From assembly GCA_964291625.2 (NCBI GenBank), contig OZ220090.1:640001-704000 (forward strand): 64,000 nucleotides of DNA. The letters run 5' to 3'. Positions 8,824 through 22,526 of this stretch are shown here, piece by piece (position 1 is the first letter of the stretch; each line of letters starts with the position of its first letter). Below the pieces are notes generated by a model. The model was given only the letters and a program-made list of their open reading frames with translations, made no database searches and had not been told where the DNA came from. The position numbers and the translations under genes are program-made. The stretch is from Candidatus Latescibacterota bacterium. GTDB lineage: Bacteria > Latescibacterota > UBA2968 > UBA8231.

Positions 8824-8954
8824 CGGGCTCGACAATTTTACCCGAGACTACGGAACCACGCAAGTTGCGCAGATCTCAAAGAGATAAGTCATTTTATTGT
8901 CCCTCAATATCTTGAATCACTCCATCTCACTTAACTCAGGAAGGGTGATCCACC

Positions 8955-9332
8955 ATGGCCGTGCTCCTGCACACCCGGGTTCGCGTCAGCGACCTCGACC
9001 GCTCCATCGACTGGTACTGCAAGCACCTCGGTTTCGAGGTCCTCAGCCGCACCGACAAGTCTCCTGCGGGCAATCACATCGCTCACCTCGAACTGCCGGG
9101 CAACGACCACACCCTCGAGTTCACCTGGTCGCCGGAGTATGAGTTGAAGGTCCCCGGGGACCTGCTCCACTTCGCCATCGGCGTACCGGACCTGATCGGC
9201 TTCTGCGACCGGCTGGAGAAGGACGGCATCGAGATCTGGCCGGAGGACTGGCGGGCCAGTTTCCCCACGGGACGGAAGATGGCCTTCATCGACGATCCGG
9301 ACGGGTACGAGATCGAGTTGCTCGAGCGCTGA
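8955..9332 (+). CDS. VOC-family protein (glyoxalase I / lactoylglutathione lyase-like)
   Basis: LLHTRVRVSDLDRSIDWY, LEFT, HFAIGV, AFIDDPDGYEIELLE. Confidence 0.85.
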   Translation: MAVLLHTRVRVSDLDRSIDWYCKHLGFEVLSRTDKSPAGNHIAHLELPGNDHTLEFTWSPEYELKVPGDLLHFAIGVPDLIGFCDRLEKDGIEIWPEDWRASFPTGRKMAFIDDPDGYEIELLER

Positions 9333-9361
9333 AGGACCCCGAGGGCGGGGCCGACGGCCGC

Positions 9362-10819
9362 TCACCGCCGTTGGACGGCCCCGGGATAGCGGGAGAGGAT
9401 GAAGTCCCGAGCCGTCCTCCCTCCCACCAGATCGTGGTTGTTCCGCAGACACCATACACGGAATGACTCGAGAAGGCTCTCCTCCTCCTCCGGGATCCCG
9501 GCGTGGCGCGCGTAGTGGAGCAGGATCGATTCGTACTGGCTCTTGTCGGGGAGATCCAGATAGATCTTGAGGGCGAAGCGGTCGTCGAGGGCGCGCCTCT
9601 CGTCGAGGCGCTGGAAGGCCTGTGGATCGTAAGGCCAAGGTGCGGCCGGAGCCGTTGTCCGCCGGCCCGCCGGTGCATCCTCCACCTGCAGGGGCGGCGG
9701 GCCCTGAGGCCTGTCCCCTTCGCGGTCGATCAGGTCCTTGAAGTTCGAGGTGGCATAGAAGACGAGATTCACCGGAACCTGCTCGAGGCCGCCGTCCAGA
9801 ACGCTCGACAAGGCCTTGGCCAAAGAGCCGCGGCGGTCGAGGCCGATGTTGTCGAGGACGGCGATGAAGCGCTCTCTCCGTTGCCGCACGAGACCGAACA
9901 ACCGGGGAAGGAGGCCGTAGCTCGCGGCCGGGACTTCGACGCCGCGGAGCCCGCGCTCCCAGTACCGGGTGATGAGTCCGCGGATCAGGGAGGACTTGCC
10001 GCATCCCCTCGGCCCCCAGATGAGGGCATTGTGGGCCCGGTACCCCTCCAGGAGGTTGCGGGTGTTCTCGTCCAGAAGCCGCATGCGCTTCTCGTTGCCC
10101 GCCAGCCACCCGAGGTCGAAGGCGTCGAAGTCGCGGATGGGAGTGAGCCCCGGACGGCCAGCCTCGCCGAGCTCCAGGCGATAGGCGGGGCAGCCCTGCT
10201 CCCTCCCCAGGCCATAGCGGTAGACCAGCTCGCCCAGGCCGCGGACCAGCTCCTGCCAATCCGGAGATGCCTCCTCGAACTCCTCGCGCAACCGGCAGTG
10301 GAAGGCCGAGACCGACCAAGGCGGGGTCGCCGTCGACCAGGGATCGGGGGAGACCGCCGGCTCCCGGGGGGCTGCAGGCCGGGGAGCGGAAGCGGCCTCT
10401 CCCACGCAGGCGTCGACCGCGTGGGCCACCGATTTCAGCTGCCGCAGGTCCTCGACCATCCGCTCGGCGAAGATGGCGGGCACGCCCTCCGGCCCCAGAA
10501 CGGCGCACCGCCGCAGATACGGGTGCGAATCGTCGGTCCAGATACGGTCGCCGAGGTACTGGGCGAAGGATCCGGTCCGGGGTGCGGAGACCGCCGTGCA
10601 TGCCTCGATGAGACGCCATCGGCTGGCCGTCAGCCGGGTGTCGTCCCGGCAGGTCCCGGACCGGGCCGAGCGGTCCAGCAGATCGCTGGCGGCCCGGACC
10701 ACGGCCGGCGGCAGGATGGGCCAGTCGGCCATGAGAGCCTCCAGCAGGCCCCGGGCCTTCGAAGGTGAGGACGCCGCAGCGTCGGCTGCGACCACGGGCC
10801 GGCGAACACACCCCGTCAT
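9362..10819 (-). CDS. DUF815-family AAA+ ATPase with N-terminal extension
   Basis: ENTRNLLEG..AHNALIWGPRGCGKSSL, LDGGLE..NLVFYATSN, LDDRF; ATGA overlap with the cysS stop. Confidence 0.8.
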   Translation of the reverse strand: MTGCVRRPVVAADAAASSPSKARGLLEALMADWPILPPAVVRAASDLLDRSARSGTCRDDTRLTASRWRLIEACTAVSAPRTGSFAQYLGDRIWTDDSHPYLRRCAVLGPEGVPAIFAERMVEDLRQLKSVAHAVDACVGEAASAPRPAAPREPAVSPDPWSTATPPWSVSAFHCRLREEFEEASPDWQELVRGLGELVYRYGLGREQGCPAYRLELGEAGRPGLTPIRDFDAFDLGWLAGNEKRMRLLDENTRNLLEGYRAHNALIWGPRGCGKSSLIRGLITRYWERGLRGVEVPAASYGLLPRLFGLVRQRRERFIAVLDNIGLDRRGSLAKALSSVLDGGLEQVPVNLVFYATSNFKDLIDREGDRPQGPPPLQVEDAPAGRRTTAPAAPWPYDPQAFQRLDERRALDDRFALKIYLDLPDKSQYESILLHYARHAGIPEEEESLLESFRVWCLRNNHDLVGGRTARDFILSRYPGAVQRR

Positions 10820-12264
10820 GGGGGGGCCCAATTCCAACGAGGGCCGTCCGGCGTGTCGGTGACCACTACTCCCGAGGCCACCAACTCGGCTCTCAGGGCG
10901 TCGGCGCGGTCCCAGTCACGGAGGTTCCGAGCCTCCTCTCTCTCCTCCACCAGCCGGCGGAGCTGCGGGGGAAGCTCCGGATCCTCGTCAACCGCTTCGC
11001 CCCCCGGGGCCTCATCGAGAACGCCGAGGACGGAGTCCACCTCCTCGATCAGACCGGAGACGCGCAGGGCTTCGGGTGCGGGCAGTTCCCCCGAGGAGAG
11101 TGCTCGCTCCGCATCCGCGACGAGGCTGAAGACCGCCGCCATCGCCGGGGAGGCGTTCAGATCGTCGTCCATATGCTGGATGAAGCCCGCCCGGGCCTCC
11201 GCGACGGGCTCGGACCATGGGCCGACGGCGACCTCCTCCGCATCTCCGGCGGTGGAGCGAAGGCGGCGGTAGAGCCGGTTCAGGCGGCGGCGAGCGCGGA
11301 CCCCAGCCCCCAGGGCCTCCTCCGTGAAGTTCAGCGTGGTACGGTAGTGGTTGGTGACTACGAAGTAGCGGAACCCCCGAACCACCTCCTCGCTCCCGAC
11401 GCCGTCGACGAGGCCGGCGAGGTCGCGCAGCAGGAGCTGGTTGCCGAGGCTCTTGGAGAGCTTCACCCCCTCGATGTTGATGAACTCGTTGTGCATCCAG
11501 TACCTGGACAGGGTCTGGCCCGTGGCTCCCTCGCTCTGGGCGATCTCGTTCTGATGGTGGGGGAAGACCAGGTCCACCCCCCCGGTGTGGATGTCGAAGG
11601 ACCGACCCAGGTACTTCATCGACATGCAGGAGCACTCGAGGTGCCAGCCGGGGCGGCCCCTGCCCCATGGCGAATCCCAGGCCAGGGAGCCGTCCGCCTC
11701 GGTCCAGGCCTTCCACAGGACGAAGTCCCGGACGTCTTCCTTGTCGTAGCGGTCGCTGTCGATCCGGGCTCCCTCGCGAAGGCCCGGCTTGTCGACGTGA
11801 GCGAAGTCACCGTACGCGGGAAAGCGGGCGATGGAGAAGTAGACCGATCCTTCGCGGACATATGCCATCCCGCGCTGGAGGAGCTCCTCGACGAGTCGCA
11901 CCATCTCCGGAATGTGCTCGGTAGCCCGTGGATAGTGGTCCGCCCGCTGGATCCCGAGGTCGTCGAGCTCCTTGAAGAAGGCGTCGATGTAAGGTCCGAC
12001 GTACTCCTCCAGCCCACCCCCGCTCTCGGCTACCTTCTGCACGATGCGGTCATCGATGTCGGTGAGGTTCATCACGTGCTCGACCTCGAAGCCCCGGTAG
12101 ATCAGATGGCGCTTGAGCACATCGTAGAAGAGGAAACACCGGAAGTTCCCGATGTGGGAGTAGTCCCACACGGTCGGGCCGCAGCTGTACATCCGCACTC
12201 TCCCGGGCTCGAGGGGCTCGAAGAGGCGCTTGGCGCGGCTGGGAGTGTCGTGGAAACGGATCAT
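10816..12264 (-). CDS. cysS: Cysteine--tRNA ligase
   Basis: CGPTVWDYSHIGN, DFVLWK, GRPGWHLECS, DLVFPHHQNE, KLSKS. Confidence 0.97.
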   Translation of the reverse strand: MIRFHDTPSRAKRLFEPLEPGRVRMYSCGPTVWDYSHIGNFRCFLFYDVLKRHLIYRGFEVEHVMNLTDIDDRIVQKVAESGGGLEEYVGPYIDAFFKELDDLGIQRADHYPRATEHIPEMVRLVEELLQRGMAYVREGSVYFSIARFPAYGDFAHVDKPGLREGARIDSDRYDKEDVRDFVLWKAWTEADGSLAWDSPWGRGRPGWHLECSCMSMKYLGRSFDIHTGGVDLVFPHHQNEIAQSEGATGQTLSRYWMHNEFINIEGVKLSKSLGNQLLLRDLAGLVDGVGSEEVVRGFRYFVVTNHYRTTLNFTEEALGAGVRARRRLNRLYRRLRSTAGDAEEVAVGPWSEPVAEARAGFIQHMDDDLNASPAMAAVFSLVADAERALSSGELPAPEALRVSGLIEEVDSVLGVLDEAPGGEAVDEDPELPPQLRRLVEEREEARNLRDWDRADALRAELVASGVVVTDTPDGPRWNWAPP

Positions 12265-12367
12265 CCGGCCCGCCTCGACCCGCGGGCGGAGGGGGTGAGC
12301 GTCGGTCTCTCGGAAAGGTCCATGACCACCCGTCGGTCGATCGGAATCACCACGGTCGGCGCAAGGA

Positions 12368-12397
12368 GAAGGGGCCGCAGTTTCATGCGGCCCCTTC
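12368..12397 (-). terminator. Strong hairpin downstream of tRNA-Arg (probable terminator)
   Basis: GAAGGGGCCGCA-6 nt-TGCGGCCCCTTC, perfect 12-bp stem, followed by a pyrimidine tract. Confidence 0.65.
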
Positions 12398-12444
12398 GAC
12401 CCGGGACTCGAGGGAACCCGAGGAACGGTTCCGACTCGACCAGC

Positions 12445-12521
12445 TGGCACCCCCGACAGGATTCGAACCTGTGACCCACAGATTAGGAATCTGTTGCTCT
12501 ATCCTGCTGAGCTACGGGGGC
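12445..12521 (-). tRNA. tRNA-Arg(CCT)
   Basis: GCCCCCG acceptor, TAGCTCAG D-arm, ACAGA-TTCCTAA-TCTGT anticodon arm, GGTTCGAATCC, CCA; 77 nt. Confidence 0.97.
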
Positions 12522-12594
12522 AATGGGACGATCGGATCTCCCGGAGGTCGGGGAAATCAGCCTGACCGGCCGCCCCCGGGGAGCCATCCGGAAT

Positions 12595-12623
12595 AGGGTA
12601 CGGGCGGCGGCGGCGGCGGTCAA
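12595..12623 (-). promoter_or_regulatory. Promoter for tRNA-Arg
   Basis: TTGACC-17 nt-TACCCT. Confidence 0.6.
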
Positions 12624-12665
12624 TGAACCTCAGGGCGATGGCCCCGGACAACGGGCTCGGCCCTG

Positions 12666-12694
12666 TTGACAGGCCCCGGGGCCCGGCCTACCTT
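12666..12694 (+). promoter_or_regulatory. Sigma-70 promoter of the ACIII-oxidase operon
   Basis: TTGACA-17 nt-TACCTT. Confidence 0.75.
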
Positions 12695-12819
12695 ACACCC
12701 CTCGTTCGACCCGCGTCGCGAGAGCTGCCACTCCGTCGCGACTCCCCGCACTGAAACAGAGCACCGCAACCCGCCCTCCTTGGCCCGAGGCAAGCCAGGG
12801 TCCGGCTCCGAGTATGTAG

Positions 12820-13472
12820 ATGGCGCAGGTCTTCCATCGCAGCATCAACTGGGTCGCCAAGCTGTCCATCCTCCTTCTGCTCGCCCTCGCCGGCCTGTTC
12901 CTCGCCATCCTCCTGAACATCAACCGGCTCGACTACGTCAGCCACGTGGGCCTGGCCAAGGATCAGCCGGTCCCCTTCTCGCACAAGCACCACGTCACCG
13001 GCATGGGCATCGACTGCCGCTACTGCCACACAAGCGTCGAGGAGTCCGCCTTCGCCGGCATCCCCCCCGTGGAGACGTGCATGACCTGCCACTCCCTGGT
13101 CTGGACCGAGGCCCCGTTGCTCGAGCCCGTCCGCACGGCTTGGCGGGACGAGGTCCCGCTGCAGTGGACCCGGATCCACGACCTTCCCGACTTCGTGTAC
13201 TTCCGGCACGACATCCATGTCGCCAAAGGGGTCGGCTGCACCAGCTGTCACGGGCCGGTCGACCAGATGCCCCTCATGTACAAGGAGAATACCCTGAACA
13301 TGGAGTGGTGCCTCGAGTGCCATCGCGAGCCCGAGAGGCAGATCCGGCCTCGCGACCAGGTATTTGACGTGACCTGGTCCCCCCCCGCCGACCAGGAGCG
13401 CGCCGGAGCGCGGCTGGTGGAGGAGTACGACGTGCAGGTTTCGCAGCTGACCGACTGTTCGGTCTGTCACCT

Positions 13473-13476
<4 letters not shown>
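12820..13476 (+). CDS. actA: Alternative complex III pentaheme cytochrome c
   Basis: N-terminal TM helix, QPVPFSHKHH, five CxxCH (CRYCH, CMTCH, CTSCH, CLECH, CSVCH). Confidence 0.95.
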
Positions 13477-16526
<3,050 letters not shown>

Positions 16527-16527
16527 G

Positions 16528-17901
<1,374 letters not shown>

Positions 17902-17902
17902 C

Positions 17903-18448
17903 ATGAACGACCCCGCCCCCGCCGGAGCCCACGGCCTGATGGCCGAGTTCGAACGTCCCGAGGATCTCCTCGCGGCGGCGAAGAAGGCCTACGCCGAAGG
18001 CTACCGGCGCATGGACGCCTACTCCCCCCTGCCGATCCACGGCCTGGCGGCGGCGATCGGCTTCCCGCAAACGAACCTGCCCATCGCCACCTTCCTGTGC
18101 GGATTGCTCGGCGGACTGTGCGGCTACGGCCTGCAGTACTGGGTGCACGTCATCGACTACCCGATCAACATCGGCGGCCGGCCGATGCACTCGGGTCCGA
18201 TGTTCATCCCCGTCACCTTCGAGTTGACCATCCTCTTTGCAGCCATCGGCACCGTGGTGGGGCTGATCCTGCTCAACCGGCTGCCCCAGCCCCATCATCC
18301 GGTCTTCAACGTGCCCGCCTTCGAGCGGGCCAGCCAGGACCGCTTCTTTCTGTGCATCGAGTCGGAGGACGATCGCTACGACGCGGGCTCGACCCGAACC
18401 TTCCTCGAGGGGGTGGGAGCGGTGGAGGTCTCGGAGGTACAACCCTGA
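17903..18448 (+). CDS. actD: ACIII subunit ActD (DUF3341)
   Basis: DAYSPLPIHGL, YPINIGGRP, PVTFELTILFA. Confidence 0.93.
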   Translation: MNDPAPAGAHGLMAEFERPEDLLAAAKKAYAEGYRRMDAYSPLPIHGLAAAIGFPQTNLPIATFLCGLLGGLCGYGLQYWVHVIDYPINIGGRPMHSGPMFIPVTFELTILFAAIGTVVGLILLNRLPQPHHPVFNVPAFERASQDRFFLCIESEDDRYDAGSTRTFLEGVGAVEVSEVQP

Positions 18449-18450
18449 CG

Positions 18451-19029
18451 ATGACGCGCGCCACCCTCCTCCGCGCGGCCCTGACGGCCCTGTTGCTGTT
18501 GCCTGGGTGCGACCTGCGCCAGCGCATGTACGACCAGCCCAAGTACGAGGCGCACGAAGCGACTCCCTTCTTCGACGACGGGCTGAGCGCCCGGCCGGCC
18601 GTGGAGGGCACCGTCGCCCGGGGCCAGCTTCGCCTCGACGAACACTACTGGGAAGGCCGGGTCGATGGAGAGCTGGCTGCAACCCTTCCGGCCCGGGTGA
18701 CCTTCGACCGCGGTCTGCTCGACCGTGGGCGCGAGAGGTTCGAGATCTTCTGCTCTCCCTGCCACGGCCGCACCGGCCGGGGCGACGGCATGATCGTGCA
18801 ACGAGGCCTGAAGCGCCCCCCCTCCTTCCACGAGGAGCGCCTGCGGGAGGCGGCCATCGGCTATTTCTACGACGTTCAGACCCAGGGCTTCGGCGCCATG
18901 TTCAGCTACGCCTCGCGAGTCCCCGTACCGGACCGCTGGGCCATCGCCGCCTACGTCCGGGCCCTGCAGCTGAGCCAGCGCGCCGAGTTCGACCAGCTGC
19001 CCCCTGAAGATCAGAGACAGCTTCCGTGA
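18451..19029 (+). CDS. actE: ACIII monoheme cytochrome c lipoprotein
   Basis: Lipobox LPGC, MYDQPK, CSPCH, axial M in GAMFSY, DRWAIAAYVRALQ. Confidence 0.93.
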   Translation: MTRATLLRAALTALLLLPGCDLRQRMYDQPKYEAHEATPFFDDGLSARPAVEGTVARGQLRLDEHYWEGRVDGELAATLPARVTFDRGLLDRGRERFEIFCSPCHGRTGRGDGMIVQRGLKRPPSFHEERLREAAIGYFYDVQTQGFGAMFSYASRVPVPDRWAIAAYVRALQLSQRAEFDQLPPEDQRQLP

Positions 19030-20258
19030 ACGGCGGCCTGAACCAGGAACTGCTCAGCCAGAGCGAGGCCCTGGCACCCCGCTTCACGCGCTGCCGCCGC
19101 GTCGCCCTGGTCGCCGCCCTGGCCGGCCTCGCCCTCACCGCCCTCGGGTACATGACCCAGCCGGAGCAGTTCTACCGCTCGTGGCTCCTCGGTTTCGCCT
19201 ACTGGGTCAGCCTCACCCTGGGATGCCTGATGGTCCTCCTGATCCACCACCTTGCGGGAGGACGCTGGGGGTTCGCGGTGCGCCGCATCCTCGAGGCCGG
19301 GGCCCGCACCTGGCCGCTGATGCTGATTCTCGGCCTGCCCGTGCTGGCCGGCTTGCACGACCTCTATCACTGGACCCACACGGAGGTGGTGGCCGAGGAC
19401 GAGATCCTCCAGCACAAGTCGCCGTTCCTCAACGCGCCTTTCTTCGTCGTGCGGTACTTCCTGTACTTCGCGCTCTGGGGAGGAATGGTTCAGCTCCTCC
19501 ACCGCTGGTCGAAGCTGCAGGACGAGCAGGCCGAGACCTGGCCCACCCGGAGGATGCAGGTTCTCTCCGGCCCGGGGCTTGTGCTCTTCGTGCTCTCCGG
19601 GACCCTGGCCGGCGTCGACTGGATCATGTCTCTCGAGCCGCACTGGTTCTCGACGATCTTCAGCGCCATCTACATCATCGGGCAGGGGCTTGCGGCCTGG
19701 GCCTTCGTGGCCATCGTCGGCGTCAGCCTCTCCCGCCACGAGCCGCTGAGCGCCCTGCTGAGCAACGAGCGTCTGCGCGACCTGGGCACCTTCATGCTCG
19801 GCTTCGTGCTCCTCTGGGCGTACACCTCGTTCTCCCAGCTGCTGATCATCTGGGCCGGCAACCTGCCCGAGGAGATCACCTGGTACTACACGCGCCTCAG
19901 CGGCGGCTGGCTCCATCTCGGCTACCTGCTCATCGGTTTCCACTTCGCCGTGCCCTTCCTGTTGATGATCTCCAGCCGCCTCAAGTCCCGTCTGCGGATC
20001 CTCGTCTCCGTCGCCTGCGGCCTGCTGGTCATGCGCCTCCTCGATCTCTACTGGATCTCCGCCCCCGCCTTCCAGGGCGGGCAGGCCTCGGCGGCCCCCC
20101 ACTGGCTCGACCTGGTCATCCCCTTCTCCATCGGGTGCCTGTGGCTGTTCGTGTTCTTCGGGCACCTGAAGAGCCGCTGTCTGGTGCCGCTGAACGACCC
20201 GAGGTTCGACTTCACCGCCCTCGCCGCGGAGACGGCGGAGGAAGGTCACCATGGCTGA
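19026..20258 (+). CDS. actF: ACIII membrane subunit ActF
   Basis: DWIMSLEPHWFSTIF, WAYTSFSQLLIIWAGNLPEE. Confidence 0.93.
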   Translation: MNGGLNQELLSQSEALAPRFTRCRRVALVAALAGLALTALGYMTQPEQFYRSWLLGFAYWVSLTLGCLMVLLIHHLAGGRWGFAVRRILEAGARTWPLMLILGLPVLAGLHDLYHWTHTEVVAEDEILQHKSPFLNAPFFVVRYFLYFALWGGMVQLLHRWSKLQDEQAETWPTRRMQVLSGPGLVLFVLSGTLAGVDWIMSLEPHWFSTIFSAIYIIGQGLAAWAFVAIVGVSLSRHEPLSALLSNERLRDLGTFMLGFVLLWAYTSFSQLLIIWAGNLPEEITWYYTRLSGGWLHLGYLLIGFHFAVPFLLMISSRLKSRLRILVSVACGLLVMRLLDLYWISAPAFQGGQASAAPHWLDLVIPFSIGCLWLFVFFGHLKSRCLVPLNDPRFDFTALAAETAEEGHHG

Positions 20259-20733
20259 TCATCACGGTGCCTCCGATGGACATGTCCACGCCGCTTCGGC
20301 CGCGGCGGGTCACGAGGTCACCGACGCCCCGGCCAGTCCCCTGGCCAAAGTGGGGATCGCGATCGCCGTGCTCATGCTCGTCTCTTTCGTTGGCGTTCTC
20401 CTGCTCTTCCGGTTTCTCGTGCACGTGCAGCCTCTGTACGACAAGGAGGAGCCGGCCCACCCTCTGCGCGACGTGCGGGTCTCTTCCACCGAGCCGCGGC
20501 TGCAGCCCGACCCACCGCGCGAGAAGGCCGAGCTGCGGCGCATCGAGGACCACCTTCTCACCACCTACGACTGGGTGGACAAGGAGCAAGGGCTGGTGCG
20601 CATCCCCGTGGACCGCGCCATCGATCTCCTCTCCCGCCGCGGCCTGCCCGAGAAGACCGGTACCGGAGCCGCCGCGACAGGGACCGACTCAACAGGGGCC
20701 GCCGCCCCACCGGCGAGCGAGGGCGAGGAATGA
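20251..20733 (+). CDS. actG: ACIII small subunit ActG-like
   Basis: Single TM helix, EPRLQ, YDWVD..VRIPVDRAIDLL; position after actF. Confidence 0.75.
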   Translation: MADHHGASDGHVHAASAAAGHEVTDAPASPLAKVGIAIAVLMLVSFVGVLLLFRFLVHVQPLYDKEEPAHPLRDVRVSSTEPRLQPDPPREKAELRRIEDHLLTTYDWVDKEQGLVRIPVDRAIDLLSRRGLPEKTGTGAAATGTDSTGAAAPPASEGEE

Positions 20734-21575
20734 GGGTGAGACCGGGTTCCCACCTTTCCTCGGCGATCACCGCCCTGACGGCCCTGACGGTAGGGTCGGC
20801 CCATGGCCAGGCGCTCGACCCCACGGTGGGCGACCAGATCGGCATCGACCAGCGGCTTGGCGAGCGGATCCCCCTGGACCTGGCCTTCCGCGACGAAACG
20901 GGAGCGGTGGTGCGCCTCGACGAGATCCTGGACAAGAGGCCTGCGATCCTGTCCCTCGTCTACTATGAGTGCCCCATGCTCTGCACCCAGGTCCTCAACG
21001 GCCTGCTCCGCAGCCTGCGGGTGCTCTCCATGGACGTGGGCGGCGAGTTCGAGGTGATCACGGTGAGCATCGATCCCGGCGAGACACCCGCCCTGGCGGC
21101 AGCCAAGAAGAAGGAGTACGTCGGCCGCTACGGCCGCGATGACGCGGCAGAGGGCTGGCACTTCCTCACCGGAACCCGGGAGCGGATCGAGGAACTCGCC
21201 GAGGCCGTGGGATTCCGCTACGAGTACGATCCCGAGACCGATCTCTACGTCCACGCCAGCGGCATCATGGTCCTCACCCCGGGAGGAGAGCTGGCCCGCT
21301 ACTTCTATGGCGTCGAGTACGCGCCGAAGGACCTGCGGCTGGGTCTGATCGAGGCGGCGGAGGAGCGCATCGGCAATGCCGTGGACCAGGTCCTCCTGCT
21401 GTGCTACCAGTACGATCCCACGACCGGCAAGTACGGCCTGGTGATCCTCAGCAGTCTGCGCGTCGCCGGGGCGGCTACCGTGGCCGTCCTGGCCGCCCTC
21501 GTCATCGGCTGGATCCGCCGGGAACGCCGGCAGGCCGGCCCCCCGGCGGCCAACCCCATTCCGCACCGGAACTGA
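20730..21575 (+). CDS. SCO/SenC copper chaperone
   Basis: YYECPMLC (CxxxC), YVHASG, C-terminal TM helix; located before coxB. Confidence 0.92.
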   Translation: MRVRPGSHLSSAITALTALTVGSAHGQALDPTVGDQIGIDQRLGERIPLDLAFRDETGAVVRLDEILDKRPAILSLVYYECPMLCTQVLNGLLRSLRVLSMDVGGEFEVITVSIDPGETPALAAAKKKEYVGRYGRDDAAEGWHFLTGTRERIEELAEAVGFRYEYDPETDLYVHASGIMVLTPGGELARYFYGVEYAPKDLRLGLIEAAEERIGNAVDQVLLLCYQYDPTTGKYGLVILSSLRVAGAATVAVLAALVIGWIRRERRQAGPPAANPIPHRN

Positions 21576-21581
21576 CCTGCG

Positions 21582-22517
21582 ATGTCGAAGGAATTCCCCC
21601 TCCATCCCGACCTGGCCTCCACCTTCGCCCTGCAGGTGGATCTGCTGTACTTCCTGCTGGTGGGGCTCAGCGTCCTCTTCGCGGCGGGCGTGGTCATCGT
21701 CCTGGTGATCTTCGCCATCAAGTACCGCAGGCGCTCCGACGACGACCGGCCCCATCCGGTCCACGGCTCGATCCCCCTCGAGGTGGCCTGGAGCATCATC
21801 CCGCTGTTCATGGCCATCGGCGTCTTCACTCTGGGAGCCGAGGTCTACTACCGCATGTACCGCTCACCCACCAACGCAATCGACATCTACGTCGTGGGCA
21901 AGCAGTGGATGTGGAAGATCCAGCACCCCGAGGGCCGGCGCGAGATCAACGAGCTCCACATTCCCGTCAATCAGCCGGTACAGCTGACCATGACCTCAGA
22001 GGATGTGATCCACGCCTTCTCGGTGCCCGCCTTCCGCACCAAGAAGGACGTCGTGCCCGGCCGCTACAACACGATCTGGTTCGAGGCCACCAAGACGGGC
22101 GAGTACCACCTGTTCTGCGCCGAGTACTGCGGCACCCAGCACTCCACCATGATCGGCACGGTGTACGTGATGGAGCCGGAGGACTACCAGGAGTGGCTCG
22201 GCGGCGGGGTCAGCGGCGAGACCATGGCCGAGGCGGGGGAGCGCCAGTTCCAGCAGCTTGGATGCGCCACCTGCCACAAGGCCGAGTCCATCGGCCGCGG
22301 CCCCACCCTGGTCGGCCTCTTCGGCGAGCAGGTGGAGCTCGCCTCGGGCGCTGTGGCCGTGGTCGACGAGAGCTACCTGCGCGAATCGATCCTCGCGCCG
22401 GCGACGAAACTGGTGAAGGGCTATGACCCGATCATGCCCACCTTCCAGGGGCAGATCAGCGAGGAGACCCTGCTCCAGCTCATCACCTACATCAAGTCCC
22501 TCGGCGCCAGCGAGTGA
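21582..22517 (+). CDS. coxB: Cytochrome c oxidase subunit II with fused cytochrome c (caa3-type)
   Basis: DVIH, CuA motif CAEYCGTQHSTM, C-terminal CATCH. Confidence 0.96.
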   Translation: MSKEFPLHPDLASTFALQVDLLYFLLVGLSVLFAAGVVIVLVIFAIKYRRRSDDDRPHPVHGSIPLEVAWSIIPLFMAIGVFTLGAEVYYRMYRSPTNAIDIYVVGKQWMWKIQHPEGRREINELHIPVNQPVQLTMTSEDVIHAFSVPAFRTKKDVVPGRYNTIWFEATKTGEYHLFCAEYCGTQHSTMIGTVYVMEPEDYQEWLGGGVSGETMAEAGERQFQQLGCATCHKAESIGRGPTLVGLFGEQVELASGAVAVVDESYLRESILAPATKLVKGYDPIMPTFQGQISEETLLQLITYIKSLGASE

Positions 22518-22526
22518 GGCGGAGCC

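Noticed and set aside
9362-10819. Anti-phage defence ATPase
   Set aside because: No partner nuclease or effector, host-like composition and housekeeping context.
12265-12367. T-box riboswitch upstream of cysS
   Set aside because: No T-box consensus seen; the nearby hairpin is better explained as the tRNA-Arg terminator.
10765-12474. Long antisense or alternative-frame ORFs (also 107..1360, 45837..47567, 59111..60922, 61770..63689 and many others)
   Set aside because: Shadow ORFs expected at high GC; they overlap well-supported genes and show no recognisable motifs.
8691-12521. Genomic island bounded by the two tRNAs
   Set aside because: It contains cysS, has no integrase and I saw no duplicated tRNA 3' end.
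12662-12683. Palindromes CCTGT-TG-ACAGG and GGCCCCGGGGCC in the ACIII promoter as FNR or Rex sites
   Set aside because: They match neither TTGAT-N4-ATCAA nor TTGTGAA-N4-TTCACAA, and are short or GC-only, so likely chance.
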